A stretch of 64,000 bases of DNA from Rhizodiscina lignyota (GCA_010015805.1 ML978123.1:2480001-2544000); one strand, 5' to 3'; positions 50,583 to 63,257 are shown, counted from the stretch's first letter. A program made the numbers and translations. The notes: generated by a model from the sequence alone, not told the origin.

Positions 50583-52548
50583 ATGGCATCCGACGAGTCG
50601 AAGTACTATCATGCCATCATTGATATGGGAAGGTACGTGGCGTCATTCATCTCACAAAAATCTCTAATACCTGCCTATATTTGAGCCGCTCTTCTTGTTC
50701 CGCCTTTCTTCTATGCTTTTCTACTTGTCGTTGTTCGTTTTTAAAATCGTCCTATATTTAACTCTCATTCACTTATTGCACCATTTGTCTAGCTATATAT
50801 ACTGATTTAATTCCAGCAACGGGATCCGCTTCTCAATCACGAATCTCTCACCATCAACTGCGCGGTCTATGCCAACAGTCTATCTCGACCGTGCCGGAAT
50901 ATCGCTGTACGACGCTCAGTATAGCGCGACAGATCCGCACACGCGCGTTGCTATCCCAGACGTCATTATCAATCGAGTGATTGCGTCACTCGTCCGCTTC
51001 AAGCGCACATGCGTGGACTTCGGCGTTCCTGAGAAGCAGGTTCGCTTCATCGCTACGGAAGCTACCCGTACTGCGACGAACAGTGCAGAGTTCCGAGCGA
51101 AGATCAAAGAAAAGACAGGATGGGAAGTAGAAATGCTCCCGAAAGAGGAGGAGGGACGTGTCGGGGCGATGGGAGTTGCAAGCAGCTTTCCCATTGTGAA
51201 GGGCTTGGTTATGGATCTGGGTGGTGGGAGCACGCAGCTTACATGGCTGATGTCACGAGGGGACGGAAAGGTCGACATGCCGGAAGGAGGCTCTGTAAGC
51301 ATGCCATATGGCGCCGCGGCACTAACAAGGCGGCTTGCGGAGGCGAATGCGAAGAAGACGCGGAAAGCCTTGCATGACGAGATATCTACGGCGCTTCAAG
51401 ATGCGATGAAGGTATTGAGCCTGCCAAAAGAACTCCAAGACTCGTTGAAGAGCGAGAATGGCCTCTCGCTGTATCTCTCCGGCGGAGGCTTCAGGGGATG
51501 GGGCTTTGTGCTAATGTCCCAGCATCCGATTTCGCCGTATCCGATTCCGATTATCAACGGCTTTCAAACTACTACTAAAGTCTTCCACAATGTTTCGAGC
51601 GTTCAGCTAGCGGTTCAAGCAGCCGCATCTGATGACGCTGAAGGCTCTGGCATCTTCCGCGTGTCCGATCGCCGGGCTTCGCAAGTCCCTGCTGTTGGGT
51701 TCTTGGTAAGTTGTCTTGCTAAGACGCTTCCAGCAATCGACAAGGTACACTTCTGTCAAGGCGGTGTGCGCGAAGGAGCCATATTCTCGACACTGTCTCC
51801 AGAGGTGCGGTCACAGCATCCCCTGGTGGTTGCCAGCGAAGTGGGTGCTCCAAGGTCTGCCGAGAAAGTTTTAAGCTTGCTCGATTCGCTGCTCGCAAAG
51901 ACACAGAAGGCCCCATACAGAATCCCAGCTGTACTCACACCTCAAATCCTCCGGGTAGTGGTCAACACGCTCCATACGCATGCGCCAATGTCGAAGGACC
52001 TCCGCGCAGCGTCCGCACTACGATGCACCACGACAGGACATCTCGCTGCTGTACATGGTGTCAGCCATCTAGAGCGCGCTGTCCTGGCGCTGACATTGTG
52101 CGAACGATGGGGCGGAAGAGGCTCGCTCAGCCCCGCAGATACCGAGTTCTATGACCAGCTGGTGCAATTGGTGGCTCTTGATGACGATCTGCTTGCTTGG
52201 TGGTGCTTGTTCATTGGTCGAGCAGCGGCATTCTTGGGAGAGGCATATCCCGCAGGCGTTGTGGGTGATGGAAATGACTTACAAGCATTCTCCAGATGGA
52301 CAACGGGAGGAGAGGTGATGTCGGAGATTAACCTCAGCGCAAGAGCAAGCACCTCAGAAGCTGTGGAAGGTGTCTCACCTCAGAGTGAAGTCGGCGAAAG
52401 CGTCTTGAAAGCATTGCGCAAATTTTCAAGATGTGGAAAGAAAAAGAATTGGTATGGAGGAAGAGGCTTCAAGGTTTATATGAGTGTCCAAGTGGATGAG
52501 AAAAGAATTGACCTTGAGAAGATCGCAGACGAGGGTGAGGACTTTTGA
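50583..52548 (+). CDS. RTG2: Retrograde regulation protein 2 (Ppx/GppA, ASKHA fold), 2 exons
   Basis: IIDMG|SNGIRFSI across an intron at about 50633-50816; ATEATRTA, EEEGRVGAMG, MDLGGGSTQL, YLSGGGFRGWG, GGVREG. Confidence 0.9.
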
Positions 52549-52749
52549 AAGAAGTTGATGGATACCGCTATCTGAAGTGTCGCTTCACAAAGCCCAACAA
52601 TTCAGTTCTGCTATTATCTGGAGTGCATTGTGGAGTCGCAGTTATACATCGAACCATGGTTGAGGATTGGGTTTGAAGATGCTTGGAAACACCTTCTGGA
52701 CAGGGGTACGGAGATGAACTCTATTCATTGCTACCTTTCTTACCGTAGT

Positions 52750-53432
52750 GCGACCTGAGTCAACGGCTTGTCTACTCTCTTGTATGCTGCCTGTGTGTAT
52801 TAATGGAGCGAAGTCAAACGGTGTGCGATGGCTCGATTTAATAGAGCTAGACGTCCAATATCTAAGCGTGACAATACTTGAAAGTGGCATGCTGCAAACG
52901 ATCTCAGCCTCCTTTCATGCTATGCACGCTTTGCAGACTGGATCAAAGGTGAAATCCCATGGACGTACTTTATTCTAATTCCCAGGAGGCAAACTACCAG
53001 GGAGTCTATATTTGTTCTCTGGTGGTAGCCCCGCCCCCTCACCAAGGAGTCGTCACCGAATGACCGCGCCCATGAAGCAGCGCACACAACTTTCTTTGAA
53101 GCCAAGACAAGCGATAGTAGCATCTTGCTTGCGCCTCTCTATCACATGGTAGCGTGCAGAGAACCTAGCGATTCTCGAGCTATTATGGCGTCGATAAACG
53201 GATGGTATGAGAACGGATGAGAAAGGTAATATCTTCGTGGCGCATTCGACGCTCGGTAGACTTTACTGATCGCAAATATGGAGCGTCTTCAGCTCGAAGA
53301 GCGACAAAGGCAGTTGGACGTGGGAGTACTAATGTGCCTGACAGTGGGGCCAGTCTAAATACGTCGTTTATTGTCTAGAGGGAGAGCGGCACAGTGGTGG
53401 TTCTGGAATGGCGCTGCACAGGCGTGCTGTGA
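52750..53432 (+). pseudogene. Heavily decayed SMP-30/gluconolactonase/LRE (beta-propeller lactonase) gene
   Basis: Manual translation APLY(frameshift)GSVQRT*RFSSYYGV(frameshift)DGMRTDEKGNIFVAHSTLG (53201-53257), then GSTNV...NTSFIV*RESGTVVVLEWRCTGVL*. Stops at 53166-53168 and 53376-53378. The 5' boundary is approximate. Confidence 0.7.
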
Positions 53433-53840
53433 GAAAAGAAACCTAACGTTCAGGAGGTCAGCCAAGGTCTACGTCAATAATGCTGCCCGTGTTACGGAGC
53501 GAGTGAGTCTGTCTGAACTGTAACACAGCTGTGCTTTTGAGTAATGAGGGATCCACCTCAACTGCTGCCTGACCAAGCACGAAACTTGAGCTATTCCTCT
53601 CCTCGATGTTCTGGATTCGAGTGGGGTAGGTCTGTCTTTACAATGCGGATGATCGCGAATTTGATGAACCTTCGACTTCGGGTGCTTGGAGGGTGGTGTT
53701 CTTTGGAGGATTCGAATCCCTGCTTCCGCAGCCAGTTGCCCCTTTTAGCGGTAGAGAATCGTCCGCCCTGCTCTTCCACTCTGATAAAGACAGATGAATC
53801 CTCTTATAGATTGTGATTGCTCTACTGAGGCTCTGCAAAG

Positions 53841-54375
53841 ATGACAGTTGTTCATATGGGTATGTAGGTTCAAATTCAATCCATCCTGCTCATCTGCTGC
53901 GTCTTAAGAGCATGATATCTAACGAGAGCTCATCAGTCCTTTTCAAATTTCGCCAGGACGTCTCCAAAGCAATTAGAGAAAAGTTCCGAACGGAGTTGAA
54001 GACACTCAAGCGCTTATCATGTGTACAAGATCACCGGTTGATCGTTGGCGGGCCGTCCGTCACAAGTCCAATTGAACGGAGCATAGGATATCATTATGCG
54101 CTGCTGAGCTTCCACAAGGATCGAGAAGCATTAGCTGAGTACCAAGCCTCTGATGAGCACCATAGGTCAGAATTGCAAGTTCTCAATTGTTTGGTTCGTT
54201 AACTTACGATACTGGCAGGGTGACAAGTGAACACATGTGGCCTTACAACGAGGATCTTATTCGATTCGACTTCGAGGTTGATAAAGAAGACGAGTATATG
54301 TGTCAATGGATGGCAAAGTCAGCACTGAATGGGGTAGCGACTCCTTCCTCATTGTCATCGAGAAAAACAGAATAG
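53841..54375 (+). CDS. Dabb (stress-responsive A/B barrel) protein, 3 exons
   Basis: MTVVHM|VLFKFR..., GYHYALLSF..REALAEYQASDEHH, DLIRFDFEV. Confidence 0.85.
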
Positions 54376-54547
54376 ACTATCTACCCAAGTTTCCTCCAAC
54401 ATTCAGGCTAGCCTCTTCGATGCCCTTGACCGAATTCTTTAGCAAATGCAACGGCTGTGTTCGCCGAAGCATCCGTCTATTTGAGGATCTGTACAAGAAG
54501 GCCAAGCTTGTGTAGAGCTAGATTTAACAACTTTTAGATGCTAATCT

Positions 54548-56540
54548 CTAGCTAGGACCTGCGGCAGTCAGAAAGTCGAAATCTGCGCCTTGTTGTGCCT
54601 GAGTAACTGAGCGTATATACAGTCCACGATAGCCCCTCGCCTGCTCCGGTGCAACAAACGACTGCGCATTGCCACCATCCCTTTGGCTTTGGAGATGCTT
54701 TTGCCTCTCTTCCAGCCGTCGCTTCATCTCCGCATCCGGGATGTCAATTTTAATGACCCTCTCTTCAACATCACATGTGATGATATCTCCATCTCTGACG
54801 ATTCCGAGAATAGATTCTGGGTCTGCGGCCTCAGGAGAAACGTGTACAACAATTGTGCCACCAGCAGTCCCGCTTATCCTCCCATCGGAGATCCTAAGCA
54901 TGTCTTGCACTCCTTGGGCACCGAGTTTTCTCGGAATAGGAATTAGTCCTGCCTCGGGCATTCCTGGATTTCCCTTGGGTCCAATATTCTGCAGCACAAG
55001 TACACTGTCCGCAGACACTTCCAGGTCTGGATCATCGATTCGTCGAGTGAGATCCGCTGATCCTGCGAACACAACTGCTCTCCCTGAATGCCGAAGCAGA
55101 TGGCGATATTTAGATGCACTCGCTTTTATAACCGCGCCGCCCGGTGCGAGGTTCCCGCGTAACACAACAAGCGAAGAAGACGAGTATAGAGGCTCCTTGA
55201 ACGGCTGGATGCAATACACCGGACTTTCTTTCGGCACACGAGCGAATGGCACGGATGCTAATTCCTCTCCTAGCGTTCGCCCTGTGACCGTCATGGCATC
55301 GAGATAGAGCAGTGGCTTCAGTTCATGTAGAAGGGTTGCCATACCACCAGAGTTATGGAAGTCTGTCATGTAATTCTCTCCACTCGGTTTGAGGTCCACC
55401 AACAAGGGCGTTTTACGACCAATCTCGTCAATGGTGTCTAGGTTAATGCTTCCTGCGACACCTGGATGACGTCCAATAATAGCCATCAGGTGCACGACCG
55501 CATTTGTAGAACCGCCAATGGCTTGTAGTACGGTGATAGCGTTGAGGAACGATTCACGTGTAAGAATCTCCTGAGGCTTCAACTGCTTCTTGAATGCGGT
55601 TACAGCATTCGCTCCAGTCTGTTCGGCGATGCGGAGCCGAGTAGACGAAACAGCTGGCGCAGATGCACCCTTGAAAGGCATCATACCGAGAGCGACGAGA
55701 ATACACGCCATTGTGGATGCTGTACCCATGACCCCACACGTACCCGCCTAATGAAATCAGCGAGGCTTCAGAAAGAGGACGCGGAAATCGTTACTGTTGG
55801 AGCAAGCTCGTCATTGACAGCTGAGATTTCCTCAATATCCAAGCCACCGGCTCTAAACTTGGCCCAATTGTTCCTGCAGTCTGTACAGGCGCCTAATCTG
55901 ACGCCATTGTGACTTCCAGGCATCATTGGCCCAGTCACGAGATGCAGAATTGGCTTGTTGGCAGAGATTCCGCCCATCAGTTGCGCGGGAGTAGTCTTGT
56001 CGCACCCTTCTAGGCGTCAGTAGATACTCAAGGAATTGATATATTGGACAAGTCGGACCTCCAATCAAGACCACCGCATCACAGGGCTGCGCGCGAATCA
56101 TCTTCCGGGCCAATTAGCGCAGTTCATAATCTATTTCTCTGCAAAATATTTACCTCCTCAGTGTCCATGCTCATCAGATTCCTCAGATACATACTAGTGG
56201 GCGATGCAAAAGTCTCATGCAGACTTATTGTCGGAAAGTCTATCGCCAGGCCTCCATTGAGTTGAACGCCACGCTTGACAGCGTCAATGAGCTGCGGGAT
56301 GTTCGCATGGCAAGGATTGAAGCTCGAATATGTGTTCACAATGCCGATTATGGGCCTCGACAATGCATCATCGCTATATCCCGCTGCTTTAATGAAGGCC
56401 TTTCGCAAGAACAGTGAGAAATGAGCGTCGCCATATGAGGGCAAACTCTGGCGGAAGCCAACGTTGGACGTCAGTGGACGGAAGAGGTCGTAGTCCGTGT
56501 TCGGAGCATCTCCGTTCTGATGTTCATCGCCTTGGTTCAT
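54548..56540 (-). CDS. IlvD/EDD-family [2Fe-2S] dehydratase, sugar-acid dehydratase type, 4 exons
   Basis: Cys ligands NPCH, GG|CDKT and GTCGVMGTASTM; RNLMSMDTEE|MIRAQP; GGSTNA; PGMPE; SDGRISGT. The acidic N-terminus is unlike a mitochondrial presequence. Confidence 0.92.
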
Positions 56541-57363
56541 AGTGAAATGAATTTTTTGTTCCCATCAACAGGAGTCACAGCTCTTTCAATTCATGACATT
56601 CTCCGTAATTCAAATACGCATACTCCGTATGGATGAGTCCCGATCCGCAACGGAGAAGTTACCGCAGTCGGGTCGATCGCGGCTGTATTAGTTAAAATGT
56701 CAAGGCTAGTAAATAAACCCAAGTGCTGTTGTTAACTATAACAAAACATCATTCAAACTTACGATGGAGCTCAAGGTGGCTTCTGCTGCAATTCAACTTA
56801 TAAGATAACCCTTGGTCTAAGTGAAACACAAGACTTTTAAGGATACCAAAATCAACAGAGGGCCTTAACCCTCCAATACAGTGAATGTTGCAGTTCAGGT
56901 AATTACGGCTAAAGAGGCCATGCCCTGTTGCAACTGGACGGCATCGAGAGTCCGATTCGACAATATAAATATTGCCTCTGATAGGCAAGCGGAGATGCGA
57001 ACTCCTGCCATCAGGCTGTTTCGTTGGGCGTGTTGATTGTCTTCGTCTGCTGTTATGATTACGACCATCCAATAGCGGATCTCCAATCGTTTGGAATGGA
57101 CACTGGGCTTCATTTTGAATGCCAAAATTGAAGAGGTTGGGACGGAGAAGTGGGGATTTTCCGAGCGGTACGGACAATATCCGTTCATCCTCGAAGTCGG
57201 CGGAAGATCAATTAAAATCTTCTCACCCTTGTCCATAAAACAAGAAGCTCCTGTTGAGATACAGAGCCAACGCTCATTCCGATTCTTGATGTGTGACCAC
57301 ACTATCAGTACTTAAACTGCTTATTTTGAGCTGTATTCCAATCTTTAGACGTCAGCAATCGGG
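56541..57363. promoter_or_regulatory. Divergent promoter with repeated CGG-type (Zn2Cys6-like) elements
   Basis: CGGAGAA at 56651 and 57143 and reversed at 56599-56605; CGG-N8-CCG at 56651-56664; CGG-N7-CCG at 57171-57183; SYGGRG-type GTGGGG at 57150-57155. Confidence 0.4.
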
Positions 57364-58546
57364 ATGGCGCAGAACGAGGGGCCGGCCGAGTCTGATAAAT
57401 CCTACGTCGATGCAGCTGATGCACGAAAATTTGTCCACGCTGTTCTTATTGGAAATGGTGTGCCATCAGAAAATGCAACCATCGTTGCACGTTGTCTCGT
57501 GTCAGCCGATCTACGCGGCGTTGATACACATGGCATGAATCGTGAGAACCACCTAGAAGCCAGCGATACATGTGCTTTGGTCAATCAGCTCATGACTACC
57601 GTTAATGATCAATATCGTACTTGGATCTTTGCTAATCTGTGTCACAGGGATACCCAGTTATATGGCTCGAATACGAGAGGGCGTTCTCGACGCTACCGCG
57701 CAGCCCGAAGTCAAACAAGTAACTCCCGTAGTAGCACATGTCGACGGCCGCAATGGTTTCGGGTTCGTCGCTGCGCATGCAGGTATGGCTGCCGCGATTG
57801 AATCCGCACGAATTTATGGCATTGGCATGGCTAGCGTAGCTCACTCCAATCACTTTGGCATGAGCGCATGGGTTGTCCAGCAGGCTCTCGACGCGGATAT
57901 GATGAGCCTTGTATTCACCAACTCCAGTCCCGCGCTGCCTGTATGGGGTGGCCGGAGTAAGCTCATGGGAGTATCTCCCATCGCGTGCGGAGCTCCCGGA
58001 AAGGACAAGCCCTTCATCTTGGATATGGCGCCTTCGATTGCTGCGAGAGGAAAAATCTACAAGGCAAAGCGACGAGGAGAGAAGATTCCGCTTGACTGGG
58101 CCTTGGATGCAGACGGCAAGCCAACGGATGATCCTGCAGCTGCATTGGAAGGTGTTATGCTTCCAATGGGAGGACCCAAGGGATCGGCGCTTTCGATCAT
58201 GATGGACGTCTTCTCTGGAGCATTATCTGGCTCTGCTTTTGCTGGACATGTTACCAACCCGTATGATCCTTCGAAACCCGCAGACGTCGGACATTTCTTG
58301 GTTGCGATTAAGCCCGACCTTTTCATGAGTCTCGACGAGTTCCGTGATAGGATGGAGTACCTCTACCAACGCGTCGTTGGATCTGATAAAGCCGCGGGAG
58401 TAGATCGTATCTACTTCCCAGGGGAACTTGAACAGCTAGCGCAGGAACAAAGAGAGAAGACTGGAATACCGCTCGTACAGGCAGAGATCGATGCTCTGAA
58501 TACAGAAGCCCAGCGAGTAGCCGTCGGACCCCTCATAGTAAAGTAA
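57364..58546 (+). CDS. Malate/L-lactate dehydrogenase type 2 (Ldh_2; AllD/YiaK/ComC-like), 2 exons
   Basis: ADLRGVDTHGMN|RIPSY, VDGRNGFG, HSNHFG, LDMAPS..ARGKI, WALDADGKPTDDP, LPMGGPKGSAL, IYFPGE. Confidence 0.93.
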
Positions 58547-59443
58547 CCGAAGAGATGTATTCTGCAACTGTCTTGAATGTAGTACACTGCATTTGGATAG
58601 ACTTGTCACAGTACTTACTATCGCTATCCGGTCATCAAATCCTTCATCAAAGCACAGAAGAACCGGGCACGCGGCTGACAAAATAGTTGAGCCCGCTTGA
58701 CTGAACGGTGCAGTAAGAAAAAGTTTTGTTCAGCATCTCTGAGAGCTCGATTGAATATATCAGGGAGTACTTATCTATAACACGCAGCTTTAGTATGTTT
58801 AATGTATATCAACTAACGAGTATACGCGTCCCCGCGAAACAGCTCAGCATGTAAGTTCAAAAGAGAGATCCACAGCTGCTATTTAAGCCGCGCAGTCAAT
58901 TCAAACACACTCTGAAGCATAAGTGATAAACGTTCTATCGGTGCTGTCGCCTGTCTTGAAGATGGAGACCTGCTTGCCTTAGTACTTTATAATTTTACCG
59001 GCTCTTTCTGCGATCACGCTCATGTCCGAGATTAAATATAATCAAGCCTCCAGTAATGCTCTCGCATCTCTTGAAGAATAACACGTTCAGTTGGATATAC
59101 TACAACCAACCCTGTACTAGGCACCTAGGGCTCGAGCGGATCCGCGGTGCCATAGTGATGGCCTTCGGAATCTCTATAACGAGACTCAAAATCATCGATG
59201 ATATCGATTCTCGAATACACTTCCGCGATTCTTCCGGCAACACCTGACACTATCTGTCACAAAGTGTTACTTAGCGCCACTGCCCACGGGCCACGTGTCA
59301 CGCGTAATCGTGTATATAAACGATCTCCACGGGCACGGATTCCTTTCTTAATCAACTCTTTGCAGCCGTGGTCCACTGCTGTCTTCGCTGAATGTCTCCC
59401 ACCGACTAGAGCTATTAACAAACATTGAACAATACCGAACACA

Positions 59444-60537
59444 ATGGCACCGAGCGACTTAGTTAAGGGATCGTTTGCACTGCGCAAAGCTCGAATTGGA
59501 ATCGCCCCGCTTGACCTTCCTGAGCCTTTGCAAGGACATAGAGAGGAGCACTCGAAGTAATTCTCTATCGAGGACTGTCATGTATTTTTCTGATTCAAGC
59601 AGGTTACTCGCTGCGCAGTCCTACAGCGATTTTACGATTATCTGTGGCGGCGAACGACTTCAGGTCAGTGTAACTGTAATTGTTAATTGCTGATGAACAC
59701 CTTAAACACACAGGTCCACCGCGTAGTTCTTGGCACTCGGTCTCAGTATTTCGACAATCTCTTTAACGGGCAGTTCAAGGTACGCTGTCTCGCCTGGGCT
59801 AAGGTTGACAAAGCTGATCACTTGCATAGGAGAAACATACTGGCGAGATCCGGTTTGATGACGAAGATCCGAACACGATCCGAGCCATGGTTGAATACAT
59901 GTACACACTGTCCTTGCCGGAAGGATTTCGCATGAGCTATTTGTTCCAGGGCGACGAGACTGAGAGGTCACCTTGGAATTGTCTTCCACTCAAAGAAGCT
60001 CTTGATTGGCACCAAAAGAGAACGCTCAACCTCGCCGCGATAGCTATCGCCGCTGAAAAGTACTTTGTGTTCGGTCTTAGCGAACTGGCTATCTGGCACA
60101 TTGGTAAAGGATTTGACACCATGCCTCTGGATTACCTCTTTCCATCAGAAGTTGCCTTCAAGCTGGTAGATTTGGTGTATTCAAACACCTGTGAAGGCTC
60201 TTGTCTGCGATCGGTTATCAGGAGATGCATGCTTCAATCGCAGCTGCACCTATTCCGCGAGGGCAAGGATGCGAAAGATTTCTTGATATCGCATCCCGAT
60301 TTTATGCACGACATGTTCTCTACCATTCTCGAAGAGACAAAACCGCGATCCAGTGCATGCTGTGGAACGGCACTTTCGAAGATGCTTGTTGAGGAAGGAT
60401 GCCCTCGCCTCAAGCCTCTCGCTGATGGCAAAAAGACGCATGAACAGAAACCTACTGTCATTCGAACGTTTGGCGCGGCCACAGTGCTATGCGATCTCAG
60501 CGACGAAAGTCCGATCTATCGTCTTCCAGTTCCTTGA
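59444..60537 (+). CDS. BTB/POZ-domain protein, 4 exons
   Basis: Splicing gives YSDFTIICGGERLQ|VHRVVLGTRSQYF..GQFK|E..DEDPNTIRAMVEYMY..AAEKYFV. Confidence 0.85.
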
Positions 60538-60811
60538 AAAGAACCGCGTCTGAGATACGAAATGGGGAATGAAGTGGCTTGGCAGACTTTCGGGAGTGAA
60601 ATTCGAAGCTGAAAGAGAAGAAAATGAATAAAACCTCTGACTGGCGTTTGCGTTTGCGAAATGGACGAAAGAAAGGGGTCAAAAAAGCACACTATGCATC
60701 ATTTGGCGATGCCGGCTGAGAGTTTGGAGTGATATGAAGACGCTTGGAGCGAAGGAGCAGTTTAGATGAATACTCTCTAGACTCTTCCTATTACATGAGG
60801 TACTAAAATGA

Positions 60812-62148
60812 TCATTCCTGGTTCATGATAACAATCTTGATATCTCCTCTCCGGCTCTGCGCCTCAAATGCATCTTGTGTCTTTGTGAGAGGGTAGGTTG
60901 ACGTCACTAATGGGCTCACATCCACGAGTTTCCGATCAACGAGATCAACCGCATCCTCGAAACAGCCAGGCGTATACCGAACAGTTCCTTTGCGAGTCAA
61001 AATGTGAATCACGGGAGCGAGAGCAGTAACACGGCACTTACCAACAATTGTGAGATCCTTCGTAGTGACCTGGAGCATCGGAACACGAGGCGGTTTATGT
61101 TGAAGGCCTGTTTGGACATCTTGTGGCGAATTAGCACAAGCGGCGTTAGAACGGAACCTGAAAATAATTGGCGAGGCCTTACATGTTCCTCCAGCCCTCA
61201 ACGAAGCGAATCCCATCTGAAGGGCAGATTCGGCGCCGGTGACCTCGATCGCTACATCTACACCAAAACTCAAGCCCAGCTCTTTCAGTCTCGCCGTCAT
61301 AAACTCCTTCGCGAAGGCCATTGAATCACCCTGTATATCCCGAGGGACCAGAAATCCATCAGTTGCATAGTGTTTGACCGCAAAATCGACTCTCGACTGT
61401 TCGATATCAAACGCTACGACCCTCTTCGCACCATATGCTTTGCACACGGCCATTATGAGAAGCCCCAGGGCGCCGCATCCACTAGAAGGACCAATTAACT
61501 CTAAGTTCCGTAAGGGAATATTTTGGGGTCATCACTCACAAAACAACGATCGTTTGGTGAGCTCGTATATTAGCACGTCGGCCAAGCTGCACTGCAACTG
61601 CCAAAGGCTGCACGCATCCAGCTTCAATCCAAGACACAGTGTCTTTGATCGGTACTGCCATTATCGCAGTGATACGAACATACTTGCATAAAGTTCCATC
61701 TGTTGGGGGGATACTGAAATGCTTCATATTACTGCATGTGTTCGGTTGGCCTCTGATGCAGAAGTAGCACCTTGAAATGAGTCAGCACTGAGCAGTCTCC
61801 TCAAAATGGAAAGCAGGTAATGGAAGGAGAGGTAAAATACTTCAGACATGGATATCCAGGCTCAATAACAACTCTTTCACCCACACTCCTGTCTTTAACC
61901 CCAGAACCAAGCTCGACAATAACCCCAGCGGACTCATGTCCAAGAGCGACTGGAGACGGTAGTCCGACCGTCCAGGTGTGGAAGTCAGATCCACATATTC
62001 CCGTCGAAATGACCTGAACTATCACCTCGTCATCTTTCAATGGGCTATCGAGCAACGGTCGATTCTGAAGCTCAAACTGTTTAGGCCCTACCAAGACGGC
62101 AAGGAGATTAGCAGGGTTGGTCATTTCACCATTCATTATGGACGTCAT
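60812..62148 (-). CDS. Zn-dependent polyol (sorbitol/xylitol/L-arabinitol-type) dehydrogenase, MDR family, 5 exons
   Basis: GICGSDFH, LGHESAG, structural Zn site EPGYPCLK|CYFCIRGQPNTC, GCGALG, DI and GTVRY. The start codon is uncertain (62148 or a downstream ATG). Confidence 0.9.
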
Positions 62149-63257
62149 AATTGCGATTTCTCTGCTACGAAGCTGTGATGAACAAATTCAAGTCTCTCCT
62201 TAACATTTCCTCATCAAATGCCGAGTGCCGGCCAGTACTTGCGATCCGGCAATTTCGACGGTCATGATGCGGGGAATCTAGACTATGAAGCCACATTGAA
62301 GGGTAGGTTGAGGGCTTTTCCGCCCCAAGACGGTCCATGAAGTTCCTTGACGAGCCGGTTCTTAAGTCTGCTACGTTGAATTGGTTGTTAAGTACCTGAA
62401 GAAATCGCTAAAGCAATTGGATCTCTTCGAAGTTGCGCGCCCCCACACGAAACACCCTTTATCCTTTCCTAGTTAGGTTTAGCTTATGGCTGGTGGCTGA
62501 ACTTCACAGGTACAAGACCTCTCCACGTCCTGATGATACACCGTGGCGTCGCATGTCACAGACTTGGCATTTTTCCTGCTCCTTCAACATTGATCTGGCT
62601 TTCAATTGAGCTCAAATCTGAGCAGTTCATTCATTCCGTCCTCAGCCTTGCATTGGTGGAGACTATCGAATGTCTTAAAGATGAGCGCGGCGCACCATTC
62701 GACACGATATCGTCTAGCCTGGAAATGTTTCGACGCTGTACCGAGCTAGACGGCTCTCTATTATGATTGTATACGGAGTAAAATCTTTTGTAAATTTGAA
62801 TAGTCTTTCTTCTTGGACTTCTTCTGTCCAACACGCTAAGCTTACTAGACTGTTCCAGCCTTGTGAAGCACAGAACCTTAAGATTGCTCGTAAAGCTTCA
62901 GCCTTAGAAATGCCGACTTGCTCTGCCTTTATCGCGAGTCCCATAATTTGAATTGAGGCTACATCTGCAGCCAGCCTTACACAGCCTTTGGAGTTGTGGA
63001 ACACTTACTCCCCTTAATCCCCTACGAGCTCAGCCGTTGGTCATAGGCGAGATTAGCGCGACCGAAAAAGTGAGTCCCTTCCCTCTTAGTGCGACTATAG
63101 TGCCACTGTCTCAGGTTATATGTGGCTTGCGGTTCCATATTAATTCCTACCTATATGTCGTTTCTGGTGACCACATATGCTTTTCGGAATGTTCCAGTTT
63201 CTCTCTCGATCCACTGTCTAGTTACTGGTAGTCAATGCTCCTTGCGCAATTTTTGCA

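Noticed and set aside
54548..56540. Calling this gene ILV3
   Set aside because: No evident mitochondrial presequence, and the motifs fit the sugar-acid dehydratase subgroup better.
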